64,000 bases of DNA from Thermoproteota archaeon (GTDB lineage Archaea > Thermoproteota > Thermoprotei_A > Sulfolobales > Ignisphaeraceae). Position numbers and translations under genes: made by a program. Positions within the stretch are counted from its first letter, which is position 1. Every line of letters begins with the position of its first letter. The stretch spans positions 224,001 to 288,000 of the forward strand of contig JAUQPB010000002.1 of the NCBI GenBank assembly GCA_030550585.1. Reading direction: 5' to 3'. The notes under the pieces were generated by a model, which worked only from the letters and a program-made list of their open reading frames with translations, had not been told where the DNA came from and made no database searches. Of this stretch, positions 31,278 through 42,178 are shown one piece after another.

Positions 31278-31979
31278 TTGGTGCACCTTATGGTAAGTAA
31301 AGAGCTTATAGAAAAGGCGAGAGAATTTCACGGGCATATATGTCCATTTCTAGTTTTGGGTCTTAGAGCATCTGAAATAGCTATGAAAAGACTTGGTATT
31401 AGCAAAGCCGGTGTTGGAGAGACTATTAGTGAGGATATTGTGGCTATTGTTGAAGCCAATAACTGTTTTGCTGATGGAGTTCAAATAGCGACTGGCTGTA
31501 CTTTTGGCAACAACTCTTTGATGTATATAGATACTGGGAAGAATGCTCTTACACTTTTTAGGAGGGGTAACAGGAGAGGTGTTAGGGTCTACATAGACGC
31601 TCAAAAGCTTAGAGAGAAATACTTTTCTAAAGAGGCTCTCGAGTTATTCCAAAAGGTTGTAGCTGAGAGAAGAGGTAGTAGAGAAGATGTTGAGAAGTTA
31701 CACAGGCTGTGGACTGAGATAGGCTATAGAATGGCTGACATTCCAGAAGAGGAGTTTGTTGTCCAAGAGGTTGAAATTGTTGAGGAGATAGAGAGGGCAC
31801 CGATATTCGAGAGCATTAGGTGTTCCAGGTGTGGTGAGCTTGTGATGGCGCCAAAGATTGTGTATGTTGATGGGAAGCCTCTATGTCTTCAATGTGCAGG
31901 TAGAGAGGCTCTGGCTGTCATAGGAAGGGGTATAACATACACAAAAATCCCATTCAGGTTGGTTCTCCATGGTCCTTAG
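31278..31979 (+). CDS. FmdE/FwdE-family protein with C-terminal Zn finger
   Basis: FHGHICPFLVLG, CFADGVQ.ATGCTFGN, CSRCGE...CLQC. Confidence 0.9.
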   Translation: MVHLMVSKELIEKAREFHGHICPFLVLGLRASEIAMKRLGISKAGVGETISEDIVAIVEANNCFADGVQIATGCTFGNNSLMYIDTGKNALTLFRRGNRRGVRVYIDAQKLREKYFSKEALELFQKVVAERRGSREDVEKLHRLWTEIGYRMADIPEEEFVVQEVEIVEEIERAPIFESIRCSRCGELVMAPKIVYVDGKPLCLQCAGREALAVIGRGITYTKIPFRLVLHGP

Positions 31980-33129
31980 AGGGGTTGCTAAAACAACTTT
32001 GGTTATAGTCATCGTTATAGCCATCGCAATCGCAGTTATTGGAGTTTCTTACCTGCTTCTTCATATGGAGAGAACCAGCAAGGAGGAGGCAGAGACACAG
32101 ACATACTTTACTGTTACAGATATTTTGAATAGATCTGTTAAAATTCCGAAGAACTTAAGTAGGGTCGTTGCTATAGGCCCAGGCGCGCTTAGGTTGATAG
32201 CATATCTAAATGCGACTAATCTTCTCGTTGGTGTGGAAGAGGCTGAGCTAAGTTGGAGCCCAACTGGAAGAGACTACGCAATGGCCTACAGCACAATATT
32301 TAAGAGCCTACCTGTAATAGGGCCTGGAGGTCCCAATAGACCGCCAGATCCAGAAAAGCTGAGAACCGTAAAGCCACAGCTGATAATAATGTCGAGAACA
32401 TATGCAGATCTTTACCCACCTGATAGACTAGCTGAAGAGGTTAATGCAAGTGTTTTTGTAATTGACTATGGGGTTGCAGGATACCTAGATATTGATGGAA
32501 TCAAGAACGCTTTGATGATCCTTGGAAAGGTTTTGGGGAGAGAGGAGAGAGCCAAAGAACTTGTTAACTATATCAACCAATTGGTAAGCGATTTGAATAA
32601 TAGGACTAGAGATATAGCTTCTAGGCCAAAGGTCTACGTAGGCGCGATATCATATAAAGGTGGACAGCCGTTCACATCAACGCAAGCTAGGTTTGCCCCT
32701 CTACAGCTTCTAAACACACCGTCGATTGTGGATTCGATAGCTGGTAAAGCAGGTTTTACAACAATAGATTTCGAGTATCTGTTAAAGCAACAGCCAGACT
32801 TCATATTCATAGACGAAAACAACTTGAATACAGTTTTAAGCGACTTCAGGAAAGATCCGTCGATGTACTGTAGCTTGAATGCATTTAGAGCTGGAAGAGT
32901 CTACGGCGTTCTGCCATTCAACTACTACCACACAAATGTTGCTACAGCATTTGCAGATGCGTATTTCATTGGGAAGGTGCTCTACCCAGACAGATTCGCT
33001 GATGTCGATCCGGTTGCCAAAGCAGATGAGATATTCAAGGTGTTTCTCGGTAAGCCACTATACCAAGAGTTTGTCGCCGGCGGGTACCCAGGATTTGTGA
33101 ATCTAAGCAATATGTTTCCATGTGGATGA
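31969..33129 (+). CDS. Iron/cobalamin-type ABC transporter substrate-binding protein
   Basis: N-terminal TM anchor, TDILNRSV.IP....RVV, LGREERAKEL, AYFIGKVLYPDRF. Confidence 0.88.
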   Translation: MVLRGVAKTTLVIVIVIAIAIAVIGVSYLLLHMERTSKEEAETQTYFTVTDILNRSVKIPKNLSRVVAIGPGALRLIAYLNATNLLVGVEEAELSWSPTGRDYAMAYSTIFKSLPVIGPGGPNRPPDPEKLRTVKPQLIIMSRTYADLYPPDRLAEEVNASVFVIDYGVAGYLDIDGIKNALMILGKVLGREERAKELVNYINQLVSDLNNRTRDIASRPKVYVGAISYKGGQPFTSTQARFAPLQLLNTPSIVDSIAGKAGFTTIDFEYLLKQQPDFIFIDENNLNTVLSDFRKDPSMYCSLNAFRAGRVYGVLPFNYYHTNVATAFADAYFIGKVLYPDRFADVDPVAKADEIFKVFLGKPLYQEFVAGGYPGFVNLSNMFPCG

Positions 33130-33135
33130 ATATAA

Positions 33136-34164
33136 ATGGTTATAGAGAGAATTTTTAGGGCTAGGAAAATCTTTATACTGATATCTATAGCCATACTGTT
33201 GCTTATAATACCATTTTCCCTTTCTGTAGGCGCATACAATGTGACTTATCTAGACGTGCTAAAGGCTCTATTTTGGGGCAACAGCCTATCGCCTGACACA
33301 ACAAGTGTCCTCTTAATCAGACTGAGGAGAGTTTTAGCAGGGATTTTGATAGGGTCTGTCCTTGGGGCCTCTGGCACGGCGATGCAGTCTGTGCTCAGAA
33401 ACCCCATGGCCTCCCCCTTCACGCTTGGCATATCTAACGCAGCCGCACTTGGGGTTGCAGTAGCCTTGTTAACAGGTTTTGGAGGTTCTGTAAGAGGTGT
33501 AATTATCTCATATTCAAACCCATATATAATACCTATATTTGCATTTGTTTTCGCATTAATTCAAACAGCCATCGTTTTGCTTCTAGCATACAAAGCTGGG
33601 TTGAGTGAAAGAGCCCTAGTCTTAGCTGCTATAGCAATGAACTTCTTCTACCAAGCACTGCTAAGCCTCATCCAATACCTCAAGCTGAACGAACTTCAAA
33701 TAGCACTAATAGTTTTCTGGAGCTTTGGCGATGTTGGTAGGGTTGGATGGGAGGAGCTGAAAATACTCTTCATAAGCGCCTTTGCACTCTCGATATACTT
33801 CATCGCTAGATCCCTAGACTTCGATCTGATGAGTCTTGGAGATGATGTTGCCTATGCCAGTGGTGTAAATGCTAAGAGGGTTAGACTAGAAACATCGGTT
33901 GTAGCAGCGCTTGGAGCCTCTATTGTAACAGCATTCTCTGGTGTAATAGCCTTTCTATGCCTAGTTTCGCCACATATTGCAAGGCTGGTTGTTGGAAACA
34001 GCCATAGATATCTCGTTCCACAGTCAATGCTTGTAGCGGCAATTCTTCTTGTGGCGGCTGATAGTATTGGTAGGTTTATACTCTCTCCTGTCACACTACC
34101 CGTTGGGATAACACTATCTTTGATTGGCTCACCTCTGCTTATATACCTTCTTTTGAGGAGGTGA
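33136..34164 (+). CDS. FecCD/BtuC-family ABC permease
   Basis: QSVLRNPMASPFTLGIS, PHIARL, LPVGITLSLIGSP. Confidence 0.92.
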   Translation: MVIERIFRARKIFILISIAILLLIIPFSLSVGAYNVTYLDVLKALFWGNSLSPDTTSVLLIRLRRVLAGILIGSVLGASGTAMQSVLRNPMASPFTLGISNAAALGVAVALLTGFGGSVRGVIISYSNPYIIPIFAFVFALIQTAIVLLLAYKAGLSERALVLAAIAMNFFYQALLSLIQYLKLNELQIALIVFWSFGDVGRVGWEELKILFISAFALSIYFIARSLDFDLMSLGDDVAYASGVNAKRVRLETSVVAALGASIVTAFSGVIAFLCLVSPHIARLVVGNSHRYLVPQSMLVAAILLVAADSIGRFILSPVTLPVGITLSLIGSPLLIYLLLRR

Positions 34165-34168
34165 TAGA

Positions 34169-34927
34169 GTGGTTATTATAAGAGTTGTTGATGTGGAGGT
34201 TAGATACGATAGTGTTAAGGCTTTGGACAGCATATCTTTCGATGTTTTTGAGGGGGAGATTGTAGCTGTTGTAGGCCCGAATGGATCGGGGAAGACAACA
34301 CTTCTAAAAATAGTGGATGGCATACTAAAGCCTGTGAAAGGATCTGTCTACATAGATATGAAAAACGTTGTCGACATCCCTAGAAAGCAGCTTGCGAAGG
34401 AGGTATCACTAGTGACGCAGTCTACATATGTGGTACCGGGTATCAAGGTAATAGACTTTGTCTTAACCGGAAGAAGGCCACACATAGACTTCATGCCAAC
34501 TAGAAAAGACATTGAAATCTCGTTGAATGCGCTTAAAGCTGTCAAAGCTGACAACCTTGTTGACAGGGACTTGACGGAGCTAAGTAGTGGCGAGTTGCAG
34601 AGAATTCTAATTGCAAGAGCCTTAGCAGCAGAGCCGAAGGTGCTGCTACTCGACGAGCCCACGTCAAATCTCGATCTGAGGTTTCAGATAGAGATACTCA
34701 ATCTGGTTAAGAGTCTTAGCAGAGAGAAGAGTCTCGCAGTAATAATGTCGCTTCACGATCTAACACAAGCATATAGGTTCTCAGACAAGGTTATTGTGCT
34801 GAAAAATGGGAGGGTCTACACGATTGGAAGGCCAGACGAGGTTCTAACCGAAAATGTTATTGAGGATGTGTATCAGGTTAGAGTAAGAATTGACAGGGTT
34901 TTGAAGGCTATCATACCGGTGGTGTGA
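34169..34927 (+). CDS. FecE/BtuD-family ABC ATP-binding protein
   Basis: GPNGSGKTT, LSSGELQR, LLDEPTSNLD, LHDL. Confidence 0.92.
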   Translation: MVIIRVVDVEVRYDSVKALDSISFDVFEGEIVAVVGPNGSGKTTLLKIVDGILKPVKGSVYIDMKNVVDIPRKQLAKEVSLVTQSTYVVPGIKVIDFVLTGRRPHIDFMPTRKDIEISLNALKAVKADNLVDRDLTELSSGELQRILIARALAAEPKVLLLDEPTSNLDLRFQIEILNLVKSLSREKSLAVIMSLHDLTQAYRFSDKVIVLKNGRVYTIGRPDEVLTENVIEDVYQVRVRIDRVLKAIIPVV

Positions 34928-34937
34928 CATGGTTAAA

Positions 34938-35987
34938 TTAGAGGAGGGTTTTCTTCCACGGTATGTACAATCCTTTTATGGGTATCTCATATCCGCATCT
35001 AGGACACCTGTACTTCCTGTCATCTCTTTCTAGATGCCACTCCCAAACTCTGTACCACCTCCTGTAGATTAGGGTCTTGCCACACCTTGGGCATTTGGTC
35101 GACTCTAGTTCTGGATCCCCAACATTTCCAATATAGATAAACTCGATTCCGCTCCTCCTAGCCTCTTCAGCCACACTAAGAAGCTTTTCCTTTGGTGTTG
35201 GAGGCTCACCCCATTTGTGCGCTGGGTAATACCTGTTTATGTGTAGGGGTGTCTTCTCCCCCAGCTTGCTTATATGCATATCTATGATCCAATCGATGCA
35301 CTCATCAAAATCATTTGTGTTTGTGACCACCAGATAAACCATCTCCACATGCCCACCTAGATCTAGAACAGCTTTTGCATTTCTATAGACTACGTTGTGG
35401 TCTATGTTTGGCAAGGCCTTTCTCATCTTTGGACAGCCCTTAATATCTATGCTCCAGCCATCGACACCAGCACCAACAAGTTTTTCAATGGCATCAAGTG
35501 TTTGATAACCATTTGTAACAACCATGAAGTAGAGATCATTTCTCTTTGCAAGCTCTGCCAAATCGATTAGATAGTCGAAGTTTACAGTTGGTTCATTGAA
35601 ACTTGCACTAAAACCCTCGTCACCAAACCTTATCGCCAATTCCAACAGCTTTTCAGGGGGTATATATTCATCGTCATCTTTAGGAAGTCTAAAGCTTAGA
35701 TGGTGGTTCTGGCACCACGGACAATAGAAATTGCAACCCCATGTCGAAAACGTTAAGGCTGTACTATTTGGCCAGTAGTGGAAAAGGGGTTTAATCTCTA
35801 TAGGCCTACTCTCAACAGCGCTTATTCTTCCATAGCCAATGTGTATGAGAACCCCATTAAAATTTTTATATGATCCACAAATCCCCACTCTATTAGGTGG
35901 TATAACACATTTTCTTTCACAAACCATGCAAACAATTGAATCGTTGTGTTTTCTCCAAAGTCTAGCAACCTTATTCATATCTCTCAA
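34938..35987 (-). CDS. Radical SAM enzyme, AmmeMemoRadiSam-like
   Basis: N-terminal CMVCERKC...C, PIEIKPLFH, GCNFYCPWCQN, YIGNV...TKCPRCG. Confidence 0.88.
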   Translation of the reverse strand: MRDMNKVARLWRKHNDSIVCMVCERKCVIPPNRVGICGSYKNFNGVLIHIGYGRISAVESRPIEIKPLFHYWPNSTALTFSTWGCNFYCPWCQNHHLSFRLPKDDDEYIPPEKLLELAIRFGDEGFSASFNEPTVNFDYLIDLAELAKRNDLYFMVVTNGYQTLDAIEKLVGAGVDGWSIDIKGCPKMRKALPNIDHNVVYRNAKAVLDLGGHVEMVYLVVTNTNDFDECIDWIIDMHISKLGEKTPLHINRYYPAHKWGEPPTPKEKLLSVAEEARRSGIEFIYIGNVGDPELESTKCPRCGKTLIYRRWYRVWEWHLERDDRKYRCPRCGYEIPIKGLYIPWKKTLL

Positions 35988-36026
35988 CGCTATCTACTTT
36001 CATAAAAACTTATTGTTTTAATGAAT

Positions 36027-36773
36027 TTAAACGTTTATTTGTTGGCATGGGTAAGGCACTAGAATCTCTAAATCCTCATTTATAGGGGTTTTAATTGGTT
36101 GGGGCCACAGGTAGAAGTGTATAAGTATGAGCTTTTTTACATTACTTTTAATAGCGATATTTATAGCGTCTTTGTATGTGCTATGACCATATCTATGAGC
36201 CTCTTCGCTATATGTGGAAGCCTCGTGAATTAGAATATCACATCCTCTAGCAAATTCTATTAGCTTGGGATTATACGATGTGTCACCACTATAAACAATA
36301 CATTTACCGTCAACTATGATCTTAATTGATGCAGCAGGTGTTGTGTGTATAGCCTCTAGAAACTCTATTTCGAAATCGCCAACCCTAACCCTTTTATCAA
36401 AACCAATCTTGATAAAGTCTACTAAGTGTAGTAGGTTTAGGGAGCTGGAGGCCTTTAAAAGTTCTACAATAGCTTCAATTACATCGTCTATGGATACTAT
36501 AAGCATCTTTCTATAGCCTAGGTGATTAGCTATTTGAAGTAGTGTTGGCAAACCCAAAACATGGTCTCCATGTCTATGCGATATTACAACACCTTTAAAA
36601 TTATCATCTATTTGCAAACCACATTTCCTCATAGCTCCATAGACTCCTTCACCAGCCTCAACAAGAATCCAGTTGCCACTAGAATTCACTATTACAAATG
36701 ATGTATAGCCTAGGAGAGGGTCTGAAATCCAGCCGCCAACACCAAGAAAAACAATTTTGGTCAATAGAAACAC
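36027..36773 (-). CDS. Metallo-beta-lactamase fold hydrolase (RNase Z-like)
   Basis: SHRHGDHVLGL, YSGDT, LIHEAS, HST, LIH. Confidence 0.85.
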   Translation of the reverse strand: MFLLTKIVFLGVGGWISDPLLGYTSFVIVNSSGNWILVEAGEGVYGAMRKCGLQIDDNFKGVVISHRHGDHVLGLPTLLQIANHLGYRKMLIVSIDDVIEAIVELLKASSSLNLLHLVDFIKIGFDKRVRVGDFEIEFLEAIHTTPAASIKIIVDGKCIVYSGDTSYNPKLIEFARGCDILIHEASTYSEEAHRYGHSTYKDAINIAIKSNVKKLILIHFYLWPQPIKTPINEDLEILVPYPCQQINV

Positions 36774-36775
36774 CT

Positions 36776-37540
36776 TTACCTCTTCCCAGATTTCTTCTTT
36801 GATTTGGCCTGAGATGTTTTAGAAAAGCCTATTCTAGGCATCTTCACAGTTTCTATAAAAGCACCTGCTACAATCATTGAAATACTTACGCCAACAACTA
36901 TCGAAGATGCTATAGCCTGTGCGAAGCTGACACCACACACATAATCTATTTTTATTTGCTCATAGGATGATTCAGAGACTGGCGCAAGAGTTATTACTAT
37001 TGCCTGCACCTCAACCTCTTTTGAACTAGGGCCATAGACCAAAAGTCTTGATATATTAACATTTGTATTAAAGTTTAGGGTGAGTCTATAGAGCCCAGGC
37101 TCTAACTCCTTTTGGTAAAACAGTGTTGTATTTAATGTTTTGCCAAAAATTGCTTGTCGCGGGCTTAGCGAAGAGTAGACAATGGTTTGGTTATTTGAAG
37201 TATTCAAAATTGCTACATAACCTTCGTAATTCTCATCTTTGGGCTTTCCAACAATCTCTATGTATATATAGCCAATAGTGTTATTCACCTTGAATGTGTA
37301 GTTAAATGGCTTGTTAGCCTCAATCACAATATTTGAAAGGTTTACTGGTGTACTTCGCCAATAATACCACTCACTATACTTAGGACTCATCTTTCCAACA
37401 AATTCTTTGGGAACGTAAACATATGTTGAACATGTCTTAACCTCAACACCACTTAGTAGCAATAGCCACCCGATAACGAATAGAAGTATCCCTAGACTAA
37501 TCAATGCAATTGATTTGCTTGACACCTTAATCAACCTCAA
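36776..37540 (-). CDS. Hypothetical membrane-anchored protein
   Basis: N- and C-terminal TM helices around a beta-rich, N-x-S/T-rich external domain; basic tail. Confidence 0.7.
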   Translation of the reverse strand: MRLIKVSSKSIALISLGILLFVIGWLLLLSGVEVKTCSTYVYVPKEFVGKMSPKYSEWYYWRSTPVNLSNIVIEANKPFNYTFKVNNTIGYIYIEIVGKPKDENYEGYVAILNTSNNQTIVYSSLSPRQAIFGKTLNTTLFYQKELEPGLYRLTLNFNTNVNISRLLVYGPSSKEVEVQAIVITLAPVSESSYEQIKIDYVCGVSFAQAIASSIVVGVSISMIVAGAFIETVKMPRIGFSKTSQAKSKKKSGKR

Positions 37541-37625
37541 ATAATTTGGAGAAGTAAAGATTTTTAAGGTTATGAGGTCTTATTGAGCCCTTGCAATATG
37601 CAGTTACTATTTGAAATTAATTGAA

Positions 37626-38837
37626 TTAATTAAGGTGCATTTCTATTTTATTTGTTGTCTTCCTCATCTCATAGTAATAGTAGAACGTAACAGAGGATGC
37701 TACAAGCAAGAGACTTAGAAATGAGAAATTGGTTTTGTAGCCCATTGAAGATGATATGTAACCTCCAAGAGGATTATATAAGATGCTGGCAAGAGGTATG
37801 CTAGAATTCAATAAGCCTAGCGAAGCTGATTCATCGCCTTTTGCCAACTCAACTGCTAAAACATAGGCCGAAGAAGCGTAAGAACCCCAAACAATGCTAT
37901 AAAAAGCCATGGTAGCAAAAGCTGTTGACATATCCTTCACAATAAAAATGTTTAAAACCATGAATATGGCCATAGATGCTAAGCTGAAGATGTATACAAT
38001 CTTTGAACCCAGTTTATCGACAATGTATCCAAAAGCTATGAGCATTGGGATTTCAAACCAACTTGCAATACTCAGCAATAGCGTTGCATAGACTTCTCCA
38101 AGTCTAATCTCATAAGCGTAGTATTGAGGTACATAGATATTCTTGGCAACGTCAGCAGCCCCAAAAATTATTGAGGAAATGAAAAACAATAGATAAAGTC
38201 TATTCCTTAGAAACAAAAAAGACCTTCTTTTAATGCCGTTGAGACGTACAATGTTACCTAAATTTCCAACATCTTTAATGTATTTGCTTAAAGCAATTGA
38301 TAGTAAGACTATCAGTAGAGATACAAGTATGGCGATGTGAAATATAGATTCGATTCCAAATCTATTTAGGAAGTATCCAGAGAAGGTCAGGGGTGTGGCC
38401 CAACCCAGAGAACCTGCAGCCCAGAAAACCCCCATACTTCTACCAACAACTTGACTTGAGCTAATTAACGATACTAGAGTTGTTGATGAGACTAATGTGC
38501 ATGAGGCTCCAATACCGGTAAGAGAGAAGAAGATAGATAGTAATAGAATGTCATTGGAGAAAAAAGATGCTAAACTAAAGAATATTGCTGTTACCAGTCC
38601 TCCAAATCCAGAGAAAAATGTCTCTCTACCCCTAAACCTATTTAAAATATATCCCCATATAATGCTAAAGACAAAGCTAGTGAGAGATGATAGAGATGCT
38701 ACAACACCTGAAATAAATGCGGAGTATCCTTTATGTCCAACTAGATATAATGGTAGTAGTGGGTAGGTTAAACCTGATATGAACATGAGTAAGGCGTTTA
38801 TAGTTGCCAGCAACACAATGGCTTTATTCATATGCAA
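37626..38837 (-). CDS. MFS transporter
   Basis: ~12 hydrophobic segments, GYIVDKLG motif. Confidence 0.85.
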   Translation of the reverse strand: MHMNKAIVLLATINALLMFISGLTYPLLPLYLVGHKGYSAFISGVVASLSSLTSFVFSIIWGYILNRFRGRETFFSGFGGLVTAIFFSLASFFSNDILLLSIFFSLTGIGASCTLVSSTTLVSLISSSQVVGRSMGVFWAAGSLGWATPLTFSGYFLNRFGIESIFHIAILVSLLIVLLSIALSKYIKDVGNLGNIVRLNGIKRRSFLFLRNRLYLLFFISSIIFGAADVAKNIYVPQYYAYEIRLGEVYATLLLSIASWFEIPMLIAFGYIVDKLGSKIVYIFSLASMAIFMVLNIFIVKDMSTAFATMAFYSIVWGSYASSAYVLAVELAKGDESASLGLLNSSIPLASILYNPLGGYISSSMGYKTNFSFLSLLLVASSVTFYYYYEMRKTTNKIEMHLN

Positions 38838-38907
38838 ATCACCTACATAGAAGATATTTCAATAAAACTTTGAATCATTTATTCTGTTAAAAAAAGTAAT
38901 TGTATAT

Positions 38908-41900
38908 CTATTGTATTATTCTAAGCGTCCTTACCTCAAAGGGCTTTATCTTCAATTCTATTTCAGAGGTATTTCTACCTAACTCACTTATGTTGCTAAG
39001 CTCTATCAAATCTGTTTCAATAATTTGAGATGCTTTAATCCCTAGACTTATTTTTATTTTAACTTCGTCTTTATATGGATTGTAAAGCCTCAATATATAT
39101 CCATTTCCATCATATGCAAGTTTAAATGTTGATATAATTGCTTTTGGCGGGTCTATAGACAGCACACTCTCTTCAACTTCTTTACCATAGACGATTTTAG
39201 CCAAAGGCCCAAATATAATTTCCTGGGCTATTTTCGGCACCTCAGCTTGTTGATAGTCTCCTTTATGTGGATATATATAGTATGTTACATTATAGTCTCC
39301 TATATCGCTCCATGGATTTGGAAATAGAGGTGATCTAATTACAGTTAAAGCTATGTCGCCGCCTTTGGCAGAGTATCCATGTCTAGATGGAGCTATTATA
39401 GCAAGACCCTTTTCACCATCTGATATATCTGCCCATCTAACAGCAGGCACTTCAAACTTTGCTCTCTCCCAACTTGTCTCCATCTTCGTTGACCTCTCCA
39501 CAACACCAAATGGAATGTCATAATGGGCCTTCAAAGCCTTTGTAGATGTCTTGAACCAGTGTTTAACCATTGCACCCTTATCCCTCCAGCTAATGCTGTT
39601 CTCAATTACTATGTATAGAAGCCCTTTGTACAGACATATCCTTTGGATTATCCTAGAGTTCTCAAAGCCCTTTGAAACCTCTACACAAGCTTTCAAAGGC
39701 CCTCTAGATATAATCTTAGGCTTTTCAATTACATTCATTTCAATTCTATTCATAAAGAAGTCGCTTGTAACATCCCACGCATCAAATCTCCCAGGTTTAT
39801 CGATATGCACAACAAGTTTCGCTGACTCTCTCAGTAACTCAACATCTCCTTCCTTAATCTTAATAGACTCTATATCACCTCTCTCATCAATTTTAACAAC
39901 AAGCATCTCATTTTCTAAATATATCCCATCTTTCTCGAAAACCTTAACACCATCCTCACCTCTACAAATGTTTTCTCCAAGGCGATAAGACTTAATGCCC
40001 ATAGGGGTAGTTTCAACAAGTAGATAATATCCATCGACATCTTCTTGACATTCCACATTATCTGGTACTCCAAAGCCCTTTGGTATCTTAACAATTGATT
40101 TGAATTTCCATGGAACCACACTAGTTACAGCAAGAATCTTCTCCTTCTTATCTCTACCCACAATGCCCTCTATAGAGCTGTACGATATTGCATACGATTC
40201 TTCGACTACTTTCCTCAAATCATTTACAGCATCATCATAAACCTCTTTTATTGATGAGCCAGGTATTATATCATGGAATTGATTGAATAGAAGGAGATGC
40301 CATAGAGAATCTATTTTCTCTTTATCAATGCTATAACCGAAAAGCATCTTTGCAATAGTTGATAGTATTTCAGCTTCTCTTAGTGCTTTCTCAGCTTCAG
40401 CCATAGCGTTTTTAACGGCTATATTTGTTGTATATGTACCTCTATGAACCTCTACATAGAGCTCATCATTCCAAACAGGCATTGAGTCTTTGACTCTCAT
40501 CACATTTTCTATATACTCCTTCTCATTGACGTGTTTAACAAATGGTATATGGGGTAGTTTGTTAACAAGCTCTATATACTCCATCATCTCTCTTGTTTGT
40601 CCACCACCACCATCTCCATATCCATATGAATACACCGTAAATGGTATTGCATCTTTTTGTCTATACCTTTCCCAGTATCTGTAGATTGATGTGGGTGTCA
40701 TAGTCTCATTATAGCTTGTTATGAGTATTTGTACCGGTATCTCTGTTCCATCAATACCTCTCCATATGAATGAATGATAGGGAAACTCGCTTGTGTCGTT
40801 CCACATAACTTTATGTGTAATGAAAACCTCTATACCACTCTTCCTCATAATCTGTGGGAGATTACCTGAAAACCCAAAGCTATCCGGTATCCAGCCAATC
40901 TTAGCTATTCTACCAAACCTTTCTAAGAAATATCGTTGACCATACAGAAACTGTCTTGCAAGCGACTCCCCATCAATTAGATTTGTATCGCTTTCTATCC
41001 ACATACCCCCGACAATAACCCATTTACCACTATCAACCAAACTCTTTATCTTTTCAAACAACTTTCTATCTATTTCCTCGACCCATTTATAGTATTGAGC
41101 GGAGCTTTGAACAAAGGTAAGTTCATACTCATCTGCAAGTCTTACAATAGTTGAGAATGTTCTCAAAACCTTTTCAACTGTTTCGCTTTTTGGCCATAGC
41201 CAAGCTGCATCAATGTGGCTATGACCCATAATATAGATTGTTCCGATTTTTGGATGCTTTTTCCTGAGAGCCTCCAATCCCTTCTCCAACTCACTATTAA
41301 TCCTGTTAACCTCTTCGAGAACCTTATCTATGTTTTGCTCTGGTAAGTCATTTAGATATCCCTTTAAAACCCCTATCCCATATACATTAGCAAGCCATGC
41401 ATAATCTCCGTAGGGTTGCCTCAAATCCCCTCTTCTAAAATAGATTGGCTGTAAACCAGATTCGTATAGCAGAGATAGAGCTAATGTTATCTGCCTTAGT
41501 GATGGGTTTAGCCTTAGAAAAGCTGTTGTATTAAATAAGAGGTTTTGAAGATCTTCCCTAACACCACTATTCTGAGGCAGACTTTCGATAAGTCTTATCA
41601 GCTCAAGTATTCTAAGACCAGTTTTCACAGCATCCCAAGCAACTTCAACAATAAATGCTTTTTGAAATGTTAATGCCCATCCATGCAAACCAAAAAGAGT
41701 TCTTGGAGAAACTATCAACTCTATATCATGTGCACCAGGTGATATTGGGATATAGGTATGGGCCTCATCAACTCCCGCATAGTTTTCTCCATCAACTCTA
41801 ACCCTGGCATTCCCACTTACAACAAACTTCATAAACCATCTAAACTTTGTTTGTGGCACATCAACTCTCGTCTTAAATACATGAATTTTACTAGGCTCTG

Positions 41901-42024
41901 TCTCTATGCTGAATGGCAACAGGATTTCTCTGTCGCCATAAACCCATTTACTCACATCTACTACTCTTAGAATAGAGGATGCTATTAAATCAAAAACCCT
42001 CCTTTCAACATCAGCTAAATTCAA
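38908..42024 (-). CDS. Alpha-mannosidase, glycoside hydrolase family 38
   Basis: GHSHIDAAWLWP, WIPDSFG, GDGGGG, ELYVEVHRGTYT, NQFHDIIPGSSI. Confidence 0.95.
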   Translation of the reverse strand: MNLADVERRVFDLIASSILRVVDVSKWVYGDREILLPFSIETEPSKIHVFKTRVDVPQTKFRWFMKFVVSGNARVRVDGENYAGVDEAHTYIPISPGAHDIELIVSPRTLFGLHGWALTFQKAFIVEVAWDAVKTGLRILELIRLIESLPQNSGVREDLQNLLFNTTAFLRLNPSLRQITLALSLLYESGLQPIYFRRGDLRQPYGDYAWLANVYGIGVLKGYLNDLPEQNIDKVLEEVNRINSELEKGLEALRKKHPKIGTIYIMGHSHIDAAWLWPKSETVEKVLRTFSTIVRLADEYELTFVQSSAQYYKWVEEIDRKLFEKIKSLVDSGKWVIVGGMWIESDTNLIDGESLARQFLYGQRYFLERFGRIAKIGWIPDSFGFSGNLPQIMRKSGIEVFITHKVMWNDTSEFPYHSFIWRGIDGTEIPVQILITSYNETMTPTSIYRYWERYRQKDAIPFTVYSYGYGDGGGGQTREMMEYIELVNKLPHIPFVKHVNEKEYIENVMRVKDSMPVWNDELYVEVHRGTYTTNIAVKNAMAEAEKALREAEILSTIAKMLFGYSIDKEKIDSLWHLLLFNQFHDIIPGSSIKEVYDDAVNDLRKVVEESYAISYSSIEGIVGRDKKEKILAVTSVVPWKFKSIVKIPKGFGVPDNVECQEDVDGYYLLVETTPMGIKSYRLGENICRGEDGVKVFEKDGIYLENEMLVVKIDERGDIESIKIKEGDVELLRESAKLVVHIDKPGRFDAWDVTSDFFMNRIEMNVIEKPKIISRGPLKACVEVSKGFENSRIIQRICLYKGLLYIVIENSISWRDKGAMVKHWFKTSTKALKAHYDIPFGVVERSTKMETSWERAKFEVPAVRWADISDGEKGLAIIAPSRHGYSAKGGDIALTVIRSPLFPNPWSDIGDYNVTYYIYPHKGDYQQAEVPKIAQEIIFGPLAKIVYGKEVEESVLSIDPPKAIISTFKLAYDGNGYILRLYNPYKDEVKIKISLGIKASQIIETDLIELSNISELGRNTSEIELKIKPFEVRTLRIIQ

Positions 42025-42178
42025 ATCCCATCACCCACATATCTACAGCAAGTCTAGCTAAAAGCCACATACTTAAAAACTTATTAAATAATTATTTGCT
42101 GAAACCCATACAAAGGAATTTTTATTTGTTATGATATAGCCAAAAACTTAAATACTTTCGGATTTAGCATAACTTTAG